Made by a program: the position numbers and the translations under genes. Of a DNA stretch of 64,000 nucleotides, positions 9,893-19,012 are shown piece by piece; the stretch's first letter is position 1, and each line of letters begins with the position of its first letter. The stretch is from Nannocystales bacterium (GTDB lineage: Bacteria; Myxococcota_A; Polyangia; Nannocystales; Nannocystaceae): NCBI GenBank assembly GCA_050633305.1, contig JBOEGF010000013.1, positions 96,001-160,000 on the forward strand, read 5' to 3'. The notes beneath the pieces were generated by a model, which saw nothing but the letters and a program-made list of their open reading frames with translations, did no database searches and was not told the DNA's origin.

Positions 9893-10249
9893 ATGCAGTA
9901 CATGCTCCTGATCTACAGCGAAGAGTCCGACACCCAGCCTCCCGAGGAGACGCAGAAGGAAGTCTTTGCGGCCTACATGGCCTACAATGACGCGCTCAAG
10001 AAGGCCGACGTCTACGTGGCCGGTGACGCGCTCCTTCCCACCGCCACGGCCACCACCGTCCGGGTTCGAGGCTCCGAGCAGCTGGTCACCGACGGGCCGT
10101 TCGCCGAGACCACCGAGGCGCTGGGTGGCTACTACCTGATCGAAGCCAAGGACATCGACGAGGCGGTCAAGTGGGCCAAACAGTGCCCCGGCTCGCAATA
10201 CGGGACGATCGAGGTCCGGCCCGTGATGGTCATCCCTGGGGTCGACTAG
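9893..10249 (+). CDS. YciI family (DGPF) protein
   Basis: MQYMLLIY..VTDGPFAETTEALGGYYLI..IEVRP; AAGGA RBS. Confidence 0.92.
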   Translation: MQYMLLIYSEESDTQPPEETQKEVFAAYMAYNDALKKADVYVAGDALLPTATATTVRVRGSEQLVTDGPFAETTEALGGYYLIEAKDIDEAVKWAKQCPGSQYGTIEVRPVMVIPGVD

Positions 10250-10292
10250 CGACCATCCGCGAGCCCGAGCTCCGCTGCTACATTGCGGCGGC

Positions 10293-11570
10293 GTGTCGGA
10301 CCCGGACCTCGAGCGAGCGATCAACCGCGTATTCAAGGCCGAGCACGGCGCTGTGGTTGCGCGGCTCGTCGCGAGCCTGGGGGACTTCGACCTCGCCGAG
10401 GAAGCGCTGCAAGACGCCTTCATGCAGGCGCTCCAGCGATGGCCCGTGTCCGGGATTCCCGAACGCCCGGGCGCTTGGCTCAGCTCGGTCGCACGCAACC
10501 GCGGGCTCGACCGTATCCGCCGCGAGCGCGTGTTTGCGACCAAAGCCGCCTCGATGAAGGCGACCGCAGAGGCGCTCGGCGACGACCGCATTCGCACCGA
10601 CGACACCGAAGATGCACTCGACCGCGCCGCCATGGAACACGCCCTCCCCGATGAGCGGCTACGGTTGATCTTCACCTGCTGCCACCCCGCCCTCTCCAAT
10701 GAGGCTCGTGTTGCGCTCACCTTGCGCATGCTCGGCGGCCTCTCGACTCCCGAGATCGCCCGCGCGTTTCTGGTGCAGGAAAGCACGATGGCGCAGCGTC
10801 TCGTGCGTGCGAAGAAGAAGATCCACGGCGCCAACATTCCGTTCCGCATTCCTCCTGCGGATGTGCTTCCCGAGCGCATCGACTCCGTCCTGGCCGTCGT
10901 CTATCTGATCTTCAACGAGGGCTATGCGGTCACCGACGGCGAAAACCTGACCCGAGGAGACCTGTGCGAGGAGGCGATCCGGCTCGGCGCCATCCTCACC
11001 CGGTTGCTCCCCGAGACCCCCGAGGTTCGAGGTCTGTACTCGCTGATGCTGCTCCACGATGCCCGTCGTGGGGCCCGACTCGATCAGCACGGCGACCTCG
11101 TGGTCCTCGAGCGTCAGGACCGAAGTCGCTGGGACAGCACGAAGACGGCCGCTGGTATCACCGCGCTCACGGCCGCCATCGAAATGGGCGCGCTCGGCCC
11201 CTACCAAGTCCAAGCCGCCATCTCGGCCGAACACGCGGTCTCCCCGTCTTGGGAGCAGACCCGGTGGGACCGGGTGCTCGAACTCTACGACAGGCTTCTC
11301 GACTTCGCCCCCTCTCCCATGGTCGCGCTCAACCGATGCGTACCGTTGGCGATGACTGGACGCAGCGACGCTGCCCTCGAGCAGGTCAACCAACTCGAAG
11401 ACGCCCTTGGCACGCACTACAAGCACGCGGTCGTGCGCGCCTGGCTCCTGGCGAACGCGGGTCAGACCGAAGCGGCTCGCGCGGCGTACAGCAAAGCGAT
11501 CGAGGGCTGCTCCAACACAGCCGAACGGCGCCACCTCGAGCGCGAGTCGAGGCGGCGCTGTGCCAACTAA
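10293..11570 (+). CDS. ECF42 RNA polymerase sigma factor with C-terminal TPR/DUF6596 extension
   Basis: DFDLAEEALQDAF, LRLIFTCCHPAL, IARAFLV..MAQRLVRAK, YLIFNEGY, GPYQVQAAI. Confidence 0.92.
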   Translation: MSDPDLERAINRVFKAEHGAVVARLVASLGDFDLAEEALQDAFMQALQRWPVSGIPERPGAWLSSVARNRGLDRIRRERVFATKAASMKATAEALGDDRIRTDDTEDALDRAAMEHALPDERLRLIFTCCHPALSNEARVALTLRMLGGLSTPEIARAFLVQESTMAQRLVRAKKKIHGANIPFRIPPADVLPERIDSVLAVVYLIFNEGYAVTDGENLTRGDLCEEAIRLGAILTRLLPETPEVRGLYSLMLLHDARRGARLDQHGDLVVLERQDRSRWDSTKTAAGITALTAAIEMGALGPYQVQAAISAEHAVSPSWEQTRWDRVLELYDRLLDFAPSPMVALNRCVPLAMTGRSDAALEQVNQLEDALGTHYKHAVVRAWLLANAGQTEAARAAYSKAIEGCSNTAERRHLERESRRRCAN

Positions 11571-11599
11571 TCCCCAGGAGAACAGCCGCGCCAAGGCTG

Positions 11600-13228
11600 C
11601 TACGGCAGCGGGCCGACGTACTCCCAGACTTCCAGCGACGCCTCGTTGGGACCCTTGCCATCCCCACTGAGTCCGCCGAAGAGAATCATTTTGTTCCCTC
11701 CGACCGCCGCCATGCCGAAGTTGAACCGAGGCGAGGGTGCAGCCGGAGGCGCAAGATCGAGCCAGACCCCGGTGTCCGAGTCGTACGAGAACGTCCCGGC
11801 AGTAGGAACCTCATTCACGTCTCGGCCTCCAAATGCCACGGCGAGGTTGCTCCGGATATAGACGAGTTCGTGAGAGTAGACGGGCCCCAGCGCGGGTGCA
11901 GCGTGCTCGGTGATCGTGCTTGAACCCAGCGCAAACTCGTACGCGCTCGACAGCACACTCGGGTCCGCGGAGCCGAGATAGCCGCCGCTGAGGGTGACGA
12001 CACCATCGCCATCAAACGCAGCCGCGGCCGCCAAGCGTGCGCCCGGCTCCAAGCCGTCGAACTCCACCCAGGTCTGCGTTCCGACGTCGTACAAGAACAG
12101 TCCCCCCGCGATCTCTGGCGTGGCGTCCACGCCCCCATAGCTGAAGATGCCCCCGTCAAACCCGGCGACGGCAGCTTGGTGACGCTGTGGCGGGATGCCG
12201 TTGTTCATGCTCGACACCCAGTTCATCTCCGCTGCGCTGAAGTGCCAGGTGTCGCTCTGCGCCGCTCCCCCATCCCCGGGGACCAACGTGCCCCCGTTGA
12301 GCACCACAAGTCCATCGCCCGCGTTGTCCATTCCGTAGGAGAATCGAGCCGTCGGAGATGTCGTCGGGGCCAACTCGGTCCATTCGTTGGCCTCGATGTC
12401 GTACGTCCACGTGTCTCCCAGGACCGAGCCGTCGCCACCACGCCCACCAAAGGTCAGGAGCGTTCCGGCCTCGAGCACGGACAGCGCCATGTTGTAACGA
12501 GCGGACGGACCGCCTTTGGGGGTGATGTTCCGCCAAGCGTTCGGAGTGGTCCTCGCGCGAACACCGATCTCGAACGTCGCTTCGTCGGCATCGTTGTTGT
12601 CGATCACCACCTGCGCCTGCTTCTCGCCGCCGTTGAGCGGCGTGAAGGTCACCGTGAAACTCGTACTTTCGCCAGGGCCGAGGGTCGGCGCCAGTCCAGC
12701 GTCGTCGAGTTCGAAATGCGCCACCGCATCTCCGCCAAGCGAAACACCACTGAGCTCGAGGTCACCATCCCCGGCGTTTGAGACCTCGACGGTGACGGAA
12801 TCCCCCGCTGCTCCAACGTCGGTCGTGTTGGGCGCGGTCACGGTCTCCCCCGACTCGATGCCGGATGCGTTGAGCGTCACCTCGATCTCAGGCTCGCCAG
12901 GGACGCCCGTGGTCGTCGACGCGTCGGTCGTCTCGCTGCTGCTGCTGCTCGGGTCTCCGGTGCTGGAGCTGGAGCTCCCCGACGTCGAGGTCTCCGAAGT
13001 TCCTGTGTCGGGGTCGATGGTCGTGCTCCCGGTCGAGGTGCTCCCCGATGTCGAGCCACTGCTCGTGCTGCTGCCCGTGCTGGGACCGACGGTCATGCTC
13101 CCCGATGTCGACCCGCCGGTGCCCGTGCCATCATCATCGTCATCGGTCTCCCCACTCCCCGCCGGGTTGTCGACACATCCGACCATCAACACCGCGCCAG
13201 CCAGCAAAATCCTAAGGCTGTATTCCAT
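11600..13228 (-). CDS. Lipoprotein with choice-of-anchor D/ASH Ig-like domain and kelch propeller
   Basis: Lipobox MVGC, long S/T stalk, VEVSNAGDGDL..LGPGESTSFTVTFTP..NNDADE, kelch repeats (PSARY..FGG..DTWTYD..W). Confidence 0.85.
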   Translation of the reverse strand: MEYSLRILLAGAVLMVGCVDNPAGSGETDDDDDGTGTGGSTSGSMTVGPSTGSSTSSGSTSGSTSTGSTTIDPDTGTSETSTSGSSSSSTGDPSSSSSETTDASTTTGVPGEPEIEVTLNASGIESGETVTAPNTTDVGAAGDSVTVEVSNAGDGDLELSGVSLGGDAVAHFELDDAGLAPTLGPGESTSFTVTFTPLNGGEKQAQVVIDNNDADEATFEIGVRARTTPNAWRNITPKGGPSARYNMALSVLEAGTLLTFGGRGGDGSVLGDTWTYDIEANEWTELAPTTSPTARFSYGMDNAGDGLVVLNGGTLVPGDGGAAQSDTWHFSAAEMNWVSSMNNGIPPQRHQAAVAGFDGGIFSYGGVDATPEIAGGLFLYDVGTQTWVEFDGLEPGARLAAAAAFDGDGVVTLSGGYLGSADPSVLSSAYEFALGSSTITEHAAPALGPVYSHELVYIRSNLAVAFGGRDVNEVPTAGTFSYDSDTGVWLDLAPPAAPSPRFNFGMAAVGGNKMILFGGLSGDGKGPNEASLEVWEYVGPLP

Positions 13229-13277
13229 CGCTACATTGGAGGACAGGTTGCGTCCTCGAGCAAGGGATGCGGGTACC

Positions 13278-15368
13278 ATGCGCGCGATGATCCGCCCGGC
13301 TGGACTCACGTTGTTGCTCACCACGCTCGCGCTCCCCGCAGGCTGTGCTTCCAGCGCTGCAACTCAGCCGACTTCCAGCGCACCACGTATGCACGACTAC
13401 GGTCTGCGCGTGTTCTCAGGCGGCGCAGAGTCCGACATGGCGGCGCTCATCGAGACGGTCTCGAAGGCTGACTACGTCCTCATTGGCGAGACGCACCTCG
13501 ACGACCAGACGCACCGTCTCGAGCACACCATTCTCGAAGGCGTCCTGGCTCGGCGGGGGGCAGACGCCACCATCTTGAGCATGGAGATGTTCACGCGCGA
13601 CCAGCAGCCCGCGCTCGATGGCTATGTCGCAGGGACCCTGGACGAGGCCGCTTTTCTCTCACAGGCACCCCCGTGGCCCAACTATCGGACCGGCTACCGC
13701 CCGTTGGTGGAGACCGCCAAGCGCAATGGAGTCCCGGTCATCGGTGCCAACCTCCCGCGGTCCCTGCAACGCGCGTTCGGGATGAAGAAAGAAGCCGCGC
13801 TCGAGGAGCTCACGCCGGAACAACGCGGTTGGTTTCCCGCCGAGGTCTACCCGCCAACAGAGTCATACTGGGCACGCATCGAGAACCGACTCCGCGATGC
13901 GGGACACGGACACATGGGCGCGCTCGATGCCGAAGGGCGCAAGTGGTCGACCCAGAATCTCTGGGACAACACGATGGCCGACGCCATGGTTCAAGCCCGG
14001 CTCGCCAAGCCCGGGGCGGCGGTCGTGCACGTGGTTGGAGGATTTCACGCCGAGTATGGCGACGGCATCGCCAACCAGCTGCGGCAACGGGACCCGAACA
14101 CGACGATCGCCATCGTCACCATCGACCCCGTCTCCGACCTCCGCGGCATCGAAGCCGACAACGGCATGGACCGAGCCGACTTCGTCGTCTATGCGCTGGC
14201 CGATGCCCGCGGCCTGAACTCCGGTACGCACGGCATCACCGTGCATGACGAGCTGAAGTACCGACTCGCGGCGCCCGCCGTTGGCGAGCCCGAGGGGTTG
14301 CTGGTCTGGCTCGGAGACGACGAGACCTCGCCCAAAGATGCGCTGACGTATTGGAAGGCCGCGCTCGGCGACCGGGTGATGATCGCGGTGGTCGAACCCA
14401 CGTACCCCGTGCTGACCGACGACGCTCGGGTCAGCGGGCGATGGACCTGGCCCAGCAGTTTCGCGGGCGATGCGGGTCGGGTGGTCGGGGCCATCGATGG
14501 CATGGCGTCCTACCTTGGGCACCGCTGGCAGATCCCCGAGGGGCGAATCGTGGTCGCAGGACGTGGCAGCGGAGCCGACGTCGCCCTGTGGGCCGGACTA
14601 TACGGCGACGCGGCGGACAAAGTCGTTGCACTGCACCCCTCCTCGCCACGTCGGCTCGCCGAAGCCGGCCTTCCCGACGAGACTCCGAAGGGCCGTAGCA
14701 TCGTGATCGCGGGCGAAGCCAAAGCCATGGAGACCGCCAAGAAAACCCTCAGCCTCGCGGGGGCCCAGGCGGAGGTTGAGCCTTCAATCGACGCGGAGAC
14801 CGAGATCCGCCGGGCGCTGGCACTGCCCGCGCGCCCCCTCACGGGAGAACCGGAAGCCCTGAGTATCGTGACACAGACCCCAATCGCGTTGCAGTGGGCG
14901 CGGCTCCACGCACGGCTTGCCGAGCGAGATGGCACGCCGCGAACCGTCGTTGTCGATTCCACGAAGCCATCCGCGCTGACCCCCCAGCCGGCCACTTTCA
15001 GCGAAGGCAAGGGGCTCCCGCTCGCCCCCGGTGCTTTCGGCGGCACCACCATCCTCGTCCTCCCGGCCAAACTCGACCCGGCGGTCCGGGACGCTTGGCT
15101 CAAGCTTGGGGAGGACGACGTCCTCAAGAAGCGAAGCCGGTTCGCAACGCTCGTCGTGGTGGACGATGCTGCCCTCGGCCCCAAGCTCGACGAACTCCGC
15201 GAGAAGGGCAAACGCAGCATGCTGATCGTCCCAGCATCCTTCGCCGAGGGGTCCGAGCGCATGGAAGCGCTCCAGAAACTGGTCCAGCCCCACCAGGAGG
15301 GCCTCGATGTGCACTACCTGCCGGGCCTCGGCGGCTCGTGGGCGTCGTCGCTGGCCGCACAGGGGTAG
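13278..15368 (+). CDS. ChaN-family lipoprotein with C-terminal esterase-like and unknown domains
   Basis: Lipobox PAGC; DYVLIGETH..H, LSMEMF..QPALD.Y, YRPLVE.AK, QNLWDNTMA, GGFH; real start ATG 13278, not 12516. Confidence 0.85.
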   Translation: MRAMIRPAGLTLLLTTLALPAGCASSAATQPTSSAPRMHDYGLRVFSGGAESDMAALIETVSKADYVLIGETHLDDQTHRLEHTILEGVLARRGADATILSMEMFTRDQQPALDGYVAGTLDEAAFLSQAPPWPNYRTGYRPLVETAKRNGVPVIGANLPRSLQRAFGMKKEAALEELTPEQRGWFPAEVYPPTESYWARIENRLRDAGHGHMGALDAEGRKWSTQNLWDNTMADAMVQARLAKPGAAVVHVVGGFHAEYGDGIANQLRQRDPNTTIAIVTIDPVSDLRGIEADNGMDRADFVVYALADARGLNSGTHGITVHDELKYRLAAPAVGEPEGLLVWLGDDETSPKDALTYWKAALGDRVMIAVVEPTYPVLTDDARVSGRWTWPSSFAGDAGRVVGAIDGMASYLGHRWQIPEGRIVVAGRGSGADVALWAGLYGDAADKVVALHPSSPRRLAEAGLPDETPKGRSIVIAGEAKAMETAKKTLSLAGAQAEVEPSIDAETEIRRALALPARPLTGEPEALSIVTQTPIALQWARLHARLAERDGTPRTVVVDSTKPSALTPQPATFSEGKGLPLAPGAFGGTTILVLPAKLDPAVRDAWLKLGEDDVLKKRSRFATLVVVDDAALGPKLDELREKGKRSMLIVPASFAEGSERMEALQKLVQPHQEGLDVHYLPGLGGSWASSLAAQG

Positions 15369-15518
15369 AACCAGAGGCGGGCATTTAATCCCGGGCGCTC
15401 GGTTCCTACAACTCCGGCGTTCTGCAGCGTCCACCGACGGGCACTCAAACGCCCGACAAGGGCTGTCAGACCCCTGCAGGGCGATGCTAACGTTCGCGCC
15501 TGCGCCGATTCGCCCGAC

Positions 15519-17228
15519 ATGCCAACTGCCGAGCACACCGAACCCCTCCTGATGCTTGCGGTGATCCTGTTGGTGGGCACCGTCTTCGGGCTCACTGCCA
15601 AGCGCCTGCGGCTCCCTTCCGTCACCGGTCAGATCCTCGCGGGGGTCATCCTGGGGATTGCCGGCTTCGGCTTGTTCGGCGACCACGCCGAGCACGCGCT
15701 CGCTCCCCTGACCGAATTCGCGCTGGGCTTGATGGCGGTCAGCGTCGGGGCACATCTCAACTTTCGTCGGCTCCGTAACGCCTTCCGCCGCCTGTTCCTG
15801 CTCGTGGTCCTGGAGGCGGTGTTCGTCACCGCCGCTGTGACCGTGGTCCTCTCCGCGTTTCCAGCGATCGACACGAGCATCGCGCTGATCTTTGGCTGCA
15901 TCGCGATCTCGACAGCGCCCGCCACGATCGTCGCTTTGGTCCGGGAGACGCGAGCCAAGGGCGTGTTCGTCAAGACGTTGGTCGCCGCGGTCGCGCTCAA
16001 CAACATGGTGTGCATCCTCGGCTTCGAACTCAGCCGCGGACTCGCCGTCGAGACCCTGCAGTTCGGCACGCCACACATCAACGCCGTGCTCATCGGCGCG
16101 TCGACCCAACTCGTCGAGGCCGCGATCACCGGAGGACTCGGGGCACTCGCAATGATCGTGGTGTCCAAGGCCGTTCGGCGTCCTGAGCTGCTCACCACCG
16201 CGGGCCTGATCGCACTGCTGCTGACCGTGGGCGTAGCCCAGCACTACGGCTACTCCGCGCTGCTCTCCTGCCTTTTCCTGGGTCTGTTCCAAGCCAACTT
16301 CAGCCGCGAACGCGAGCGCATCGTCGACCGCCTGTTCCGGGACTTCGAGCCATCGATCCTCGCCGTGTTCTTCACGCTGGCGGGCATGGAACTCTCGCTC
16401 GAGCACGCCACGGTCGCAGGCGGCCTCGCCATCGCCTTCTTCGCCGCCCGTGCGGTGGGCAAGGTGGCCGCTGGCTACACAGCGATGCGACTGGCGGGCG
16501 CAACCCAACGTATCCGCAGGAACATGGGCTTGGCCCTGATCCCCCAAGCAGGGGTCGCGGTGGGTCTCGTGGTGTTGATCAACGCCGATGCCACGTTGCA
16601 CGACCTCGCCCCAGCCGCCGTCGATCTGTTCTCGCCGATCATCCTCACCGCCGTGGTCGCCAACGAAGTCGTCGGGCCAATCCTCACCCGGCTCGCCCTG
16701 GGACGCTCGGGCGAAGCAGGCCAAGACCGGCTGCGACTGCTCGACTTCATCCACGAGGAAAACATCCAGGTCGGGCTGGAGGCCGAAACTCCCCAGCAGG
16801 CGATCGAGCAGCTGGTCAGCCTGCTGATCCGCTCGCACCACCTCGACCCCAAGCTCCACGACTCGATCTTGGAGTCGGTGTTGGAGCGCGAGGCCCAGGA
16901 CTCAACCTGTGTTGGAGGGGGCGTGGCAGTGCCCCATGGTTTGCTTCCCAAGGGCATGAAGACCGTGGGGGTGATGGGCATCAACCGCCGCGGTCTTCAC
17001 TTCGACACACCCGACGAGCGCCCCGTTCACTGCGTCATCCTCCTGCTCTCCAGCCGAGACGAACCCCAACGGCACCTGCAACTGCTCGCGATGATCGCGG
17101 GCACAATCGGCTCGGATCCCGCAGTCCAGGCCCAACTCTTCAACGCCCGCACCCCTGCGCACGCTTACGAGGTGCTGCACCACGAAGACGCCGCGGAGTT
17201 CAACGTGTTCCTCGAAGAGATCGGCTAG
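15519..17228 (+). CDS. CPA2 cation:proton antiporter fused to a PTS EIIA-2 domain
   Basis: About 12 hydrophobic segments, LPSVTGQILAG, STAPA, PQAGVAVG; C-terminal EREAQDSTCVGGGVAVPHG..HLQLLA. Confidence 0.9.
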   Translation: MPTAEHTEPLLMLAVILLVGTVFGLTAKRLRLPSVTGQILAGVILGIAGFGLFGDHAEHALAPLTEFALGLMAVSVGAHLNFRRLRNAFRRLFLLVVLEAVFVTAAVTVVLSAFPAIDTSIALIFGCIAISTAPATIVALVRETRAKGVFVKTLVAAVALNNMVCILGFELSRGLAVETLQFGTPHINAVLIGASTQLVEAAITGGLGALAMIVVSKAVRRPELLTTAGLIALLLTVGVAQHYGYSALLSCLFLGLFQANFSRERERIVDRLFRDFEPSILAVFFTLAGMELSLEHATVAGGLAIAFFAARAVGKVAAGYTAMRLAGATQRIRRNMGLALIPQAGVAVGLVVLINADATLHDLAPAAVDLFSPIILTAVVANEVVGPILTRLALGRSGEAGQDRLRLLDFIHEENIQVGLEAETPQQAIEQLVSLLIRSHHLDPKLHDSILESVLEREAQDSTCVGGGVAVPHGLLPKGMKTVGVMGINRRGLHFDTPDERPVHCVILLLSSRDEPQRHLQLLAMIAGTIGSDPAVQAQLFNARTPAHAYEVLHHEDAAEFNVFLEEIG

Positions 17229-17260
17229 CAGGCTCAGGACAGGACCGACGGTAGGACTGC

Positions 17261-17701
17261 TCACGAAACGTCGACGCACAGCTGCGACGCACACGTCAGC
17301 CCCTGGTCGCACCCGCCACCGTCCGTGCACTGGCAGGTCTCCATCCCGGCTTGTTCCGGTGGGCATGGGAGGTCCGAGATGCAGATCTCACTGGTGCACA
17401 TGAGCCCCTCTCCACAGGCGTTGTCGGGGAGGCAGCTGCATCCCAGCTCGCCTGCACGGCACCCGTCACTCGTGATGCTGGACCCATCGGCTTGTCCCGT
17501 CGAGGTCCCGGTGGCCCCGCTCGAGGAGCCGCTGGAAGAGTCCGTCGAGTCTCCGCTCCCTTCGGTCTGAGAACCCGTGGTCGGGGGCGTCTGAGACGAA
17601 CCGCTGCTGGTCGTCCATGTGTCCCCGGAGCTCTCCGGAGGCCCGATCGGCTCCACCGACCCGCAGCCAGCCGTCACCACGAGGATCAGAGCCCACCGCA
17701 T
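17261..17701 (-). CDS. Small Cys-rich lipoprotein
   Basis: MRWALILVVTAGC, S/T/G stalk, two six-Cys repeats. Confidence 0.75.
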   Translation of the reverse strand: MRWALILVVTAGCGSVEPIGPPESSGDTWTTSSGSSQTPPTTGSQTEGSGDSTDSSSGSSSGATGTSTGQADGSSITSDGCRAGELGCSCLPDNACGEGLMCTSEICISDLPCPPEQAGMETCQCTDGGGCDQGLTCASQLCVDVS

Positions 17702-17729
17702 CGGCGGATGGTAGCAGGTACGCTCAGGC

Positions 17730-18173
17730 ATGGCCGACCGCATCGAGTTCTATCGCGCCGGAGACGAGTATGGGGAGTTCTCCAACTTCTCGCGTCACCC
17801 AATCGACCTCGGCGGTCAGCGCTGGCCGACCACGGAGCACTACTTCCAGGCGATGAAGTTCGCCGACGCCACCCTTCGCGAACGCATCCGGACGGCGTCC
17901 GGCCCGGGCGAGGCCGCTCGGATGGGCCGACGATTCCCCGGCCTTCGTAGCGACTGGGAAGCCGCGAAGGAGGACGTCATGATGGATGCTCTGAGGGCGA
18001 AGTTCGCGCAGCACCACCGATGCCAGCGGATGCTTCTGAACACCGGGGACGCCGAGCTGATCGAGCACACCCGCAACGACTTCTACTGGGCCGACGGGGG
18101 TGACGGCACGGGTCGCAACCGATTGGGCGTGCTGCTGATGCAGCTCCGCGCAGAGTTGCGGGCCGCGGAGTAG
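17730..18173 (+). CDS. ybiA: NADAR family protein (YbiA-like N-glycosidase)
   Basis: FSNF..WPTTEHYFQAMKF..RSDWE..AKFAQH..LLNTG..DFYWADGGDGTGRNRLG.LLM. Confidence 0.92.
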   Translation: MADRIEFYRAGDEYGEFSNFSRHPIDLGGQRWPTTEHYFQAMKFADATLRERIRTASGPGEAARMGRRFPGLRSDWEAAKEDVMMDALRAKFAQHHRCQRMLLNTGDAELIEHTRNDFYWADGGDGTGRNRLGVLLMQLRAELRAAE

Positions 18174-18267
18174 GTCGACACACGAACCGCTGCACCGCGC
18201 CTCGTCCGGCGCTCCGCTGATGCCAAGAGATGCGGGTGGCGTCCGGTCCGGCTACGTTGCAGGGGTC

Positions 18268-19011
18268 GTGCCTCGCTCCGTCGATTCCTGGCTTCACAGC
18301 CACGCCCGCCGTCGCCGCGCAAAGTACGCGCTATGGTTGAGCATCGGGCTCACACTATTGCTCTATGTGATCCCGCTGGGCGGTTTCGTCGCCTATCCGC
18401 TCATGCTCTTCAGCACCCTCGTGCACGAGCTTGGGCACGGGCTCATGGCACTGCTCACCGGCGGAAGCTTCGAACGCATGGTCATCTTCAGCGATGGCTC
18501 CGGTGTCGCAACCCATGGCGGCCTCGGTGAAGACGCAGCCGTCGCACGCGCACTGGTCTCCGCGGGCGGCCTCGTGGGGCCCGCCGTCGTCGGCGCGCTC
18601 GCTTTCGCGCTGGCACGCACCGGACGGTCCTCTCGAATCGGGCTCGGCGTCGCTGCAGCCTTCTTCGCGGTGATGATGGCCGCCTTTATCCGCAACCCAT
18701 TCGGGCTCGTCTTCACGGGCCTCGTCGTTGCCGGACTTGGTTGGACGGCGTGGCGGCGCAGCGACGACACGGCCCAGGTCGTCCTCGTCTTCGGGGCCAT
18801 TCAGATGTCGCTCAGCGTGTTCTCCCGTGGCGACTACCTCTTCGTCAGCGAAGCCCACACCGGGGCCGGCGTCATGCCCAGCGACACCGCCCACATGGCG
18901 ATGGCGTTGGGTGGAAGCTACTGGATGTGGGGCATCGCGTGCGGGGTGTTCTCGGTGCTCGTCCTGGGACTCGGCGTCTGGGCGTTCTCCCGAACGCTCG
19001 AACACAAGTGA
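18268..19011 (+). CDS. M50B family membrane metallopeptidase
   Basis: HELGH in a hydrophobic context, AGGLVGP, C-terminal PSD motif, several TM segments. Confidence 0.85.
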   Translation: MPRSVDSWLHSHARRRRAKYALWLSIGLTLLLYVIPLGGFVAYPLMLFSTLVHELGHGLMALLTGGSFERMVIFSDGSGVATHGGLGEDAAVARALVSAGGLVGPAVVGALAFALARTGRSSRIGLGVAAAFFAVMMAAFIRNPFGLVFTGLVVAGLGWTAWRRSDDTAQVVLVFGAIQMSLSVFSRGDYLFVSEAHTGAGVMPSDTAHMAMALGGSYWMWGIACGVFSVLVLGLGVWAFSRTLEHK

Positions 19012-19012
19012 A

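Noticed and set aside
12516..13277. N-terminal 254 aa of the 950-aa ORF
   Set aside because: Antisense to the kelch lipoprotein. The ChaN gene has a proper signal peptide from ATG 13278.
17730..18173. NADAR as the antitoxin of a DarT1-NADAR defence system
   Set aside because: No ADP-ribosyltransferase gene is adjacent, and the sequence is a compact YbiA type
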